NCBI RefSeq assembly: GCF_006345805.1
Contig: NW_021827877.1
Location: forward strand, 1-9,568
Direction of reading: 5' to 3'
DNA length: 9,568 bases
From: Octopus sinensis
Taxonomy: Eukaryota
The notes under the pieces were generated by a model. It saw nothing but the letters and a program-made list of their open reading frames with translations, searched no databases and was not told where the DNA came from. Position 1 is the stretch's first letter. Each line of letters opens with the position of its first letter. Made by a program: the position numbers and the translations under genes. This document shows, piece by piece, positions 8,132 to 9,568 of this stretch.

Positions 8132-8188
8132 TGAGTGGGGCTGGATTTATGCAAATTATTTCCCCATTCTAAACATGATCATGCAGAG
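8132..8188 (+). CDS. Candidate symmetric exon (phase 2 to 2), EWGWIYANYFPILNMIMQ
   Basis: Acceptor ttcttttctgattttatgttgtacatattcag|t and donor gag|gtatcg; 57 nt, open frame. Confidence 0.4.
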
Positions 8189-8305
8189 GTATCGCTTGAA
8201 AAGAAGGAGTAGGGCCTATCACAAAAATGACTGGTCGTAGCCTTTGCATGTGTTGGGGTTTCGATAATGTAACGGCAATACCCGAACGCGAGTTTTGCAG
8301 TCATC

Positions 8306-8500
8306 ATGTATGTATGTATGTATGTGTGTATGTATGTATGTATGTATGTATGTATGTATGTATGTATGTATGTATGTTGTACGGAAGTAGGTAGAACGTA
8401 CGTGTGTATGTATGCATGTATGTTTCCTATCTCTCTCTCTTCTCTCTTCTCCTCTATATATATATATATATATATATCTAATATATATATATATATGTAG
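8306..8500. repeat. (ATGT)n, (CT)n and (AT)n microsatellites
   Basis: Direct. Confidence 0.93.
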
Positions 8501-8502
8501 AT

Positions 8503-8803
8503 AGAAAGATGAAAGAAGAAAGAAGAAGAAGAAGAAGAAGAAAAGAACGAGACGAGGAAGTAGAAGAAGAAGAAGAAGAAGAAGAAGTAGAAGTAGAAGA
8601 AGAAAAAGAAGAAGAAGAAAAGAAGAGAAGAGAAGACGAAGAAAAAGAAGAAGAAGAAGAAGAAGAAGAAGAAGAAAAAGAAGAGAAGAAAAGAAGAAGA
8701 AGAAAAGAAGAAGAAGAAGAAGAAGAAGGAGGAGGAGAGGAGGAGAAGAAGAAGAAAGAAGAAGGAGGAGGAGGAGGAGGAGGAGAAGAAGAAGAAGAAG
8801 AAG
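8503..8803. repeat. Polypurine (GAA)n/(GGA)n tract
   Basis: About 300 nt almost entirely A/G; source of the Glu/Arg and Ser/Phe ORFs. Confidence 0.97.
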
Positions 8804-9138
8804 ATCTACATTTCGATCGAAATTTATTCAATTTATTTAAGAACATAAGACAACTCATGTGCTTTTTGCGAGCGTACATGTGCGTCTGTTGCGCTTGAAT
8901 GCGCTTTTATCTTTATGTGTGTGCATATGAGTTTGTGTGCGTGTGTGATTGTATCAGAAAGAGAGGGGGGGGAGAAAAGAATGGAGAGAATTAGGGTAAC
9001 CAAATTACCAGTAAGTCACACAGACTCACTTATGCATACAAAATATATTTCCATGCAAAAAACACATGCCAACGTTTATCTTCTATCTTTACAGCAGCGA
9101 CATCAGTGAACATTTTACACCAGTACATCCAACGTGCC

Positions 9139-9154
9139 GTATATATATATATAT

Positions 9155-9194
<40 letters not shown>

Positions 9195-9367
9195 AAGAGA
9201 GAGAGAGAGAGAGAGAAGAGGGGGGGGTAGATAGATAGATAGATAGATAGATAGAGATACCTACATTCATAGACAAATAGTGGATAAATAGACCATAGAA
9301 TGAGATGAGATATATGTACACACACACACATGGTTAATATTATATCCTATATGATATATATATATAT

Positions 9368-9400
<33 letters not shown>
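9139..9400. repeat. (AT)n, (GA)n, (GATA)n and (AT)n microsatellite cluster
   Basis: Direct; interrupted by a short unique stretch at about 9260-9310. Confidence 0.9.
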
Positions 9401-9401
<1 letters not shown>

Positions 9402-9568
9402 CGGTGATACGGGTATATCTGGGGGTTTTTCAACTTTGAATATTTTCGTCATTGGTACGAGATTATTCGTCGTCACTAGTACGGGGTTTTAGGATTTCTG
9501 TTCATTTAGCCGCTTTCATATTTGTGTTGAATTGAAAATTTGTGATCTTGTACTTTTGACTGCTATAC

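Noticed and set aside
9095-9138. NAGNAG acceptor (tttacag|cag) with a short open frame
   Set aside because: Only a weak donor at the microsatellite edge.

Overview
AT-rich, microsatellite-dense eukaryotic DNA, most likely intronic sequence from an octopus or other coleoid cephalopod. This assignment is an inference from the SINE families and repeat landscape. The ORF track is almost entirely simple-repeat artefact. Supported content: (1) a decayed 3' end of an RLE-type (R4/Dong-like) non-LTR retrotransposon on the minus strand, abutting a trinucleotide array; (2) copies of three tRNA-derived SINE types, two of which share a head but have different 3' modules; (3) two related inverted-repeat elements whose internal hairpins show compensatory changes, one carrying a degenerate hammerhead-like core; (4) an HDV-like double-pseudoknot ribozyme fold at 7771-7848 heading a non-coding GC-richer element next to an (AGGT)n array; (5) several phase-compatible + strand candidate exons of a gene I cannot identify. 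The strongest coding evidence is the exon pair 1980-2065 and 2147-2281.
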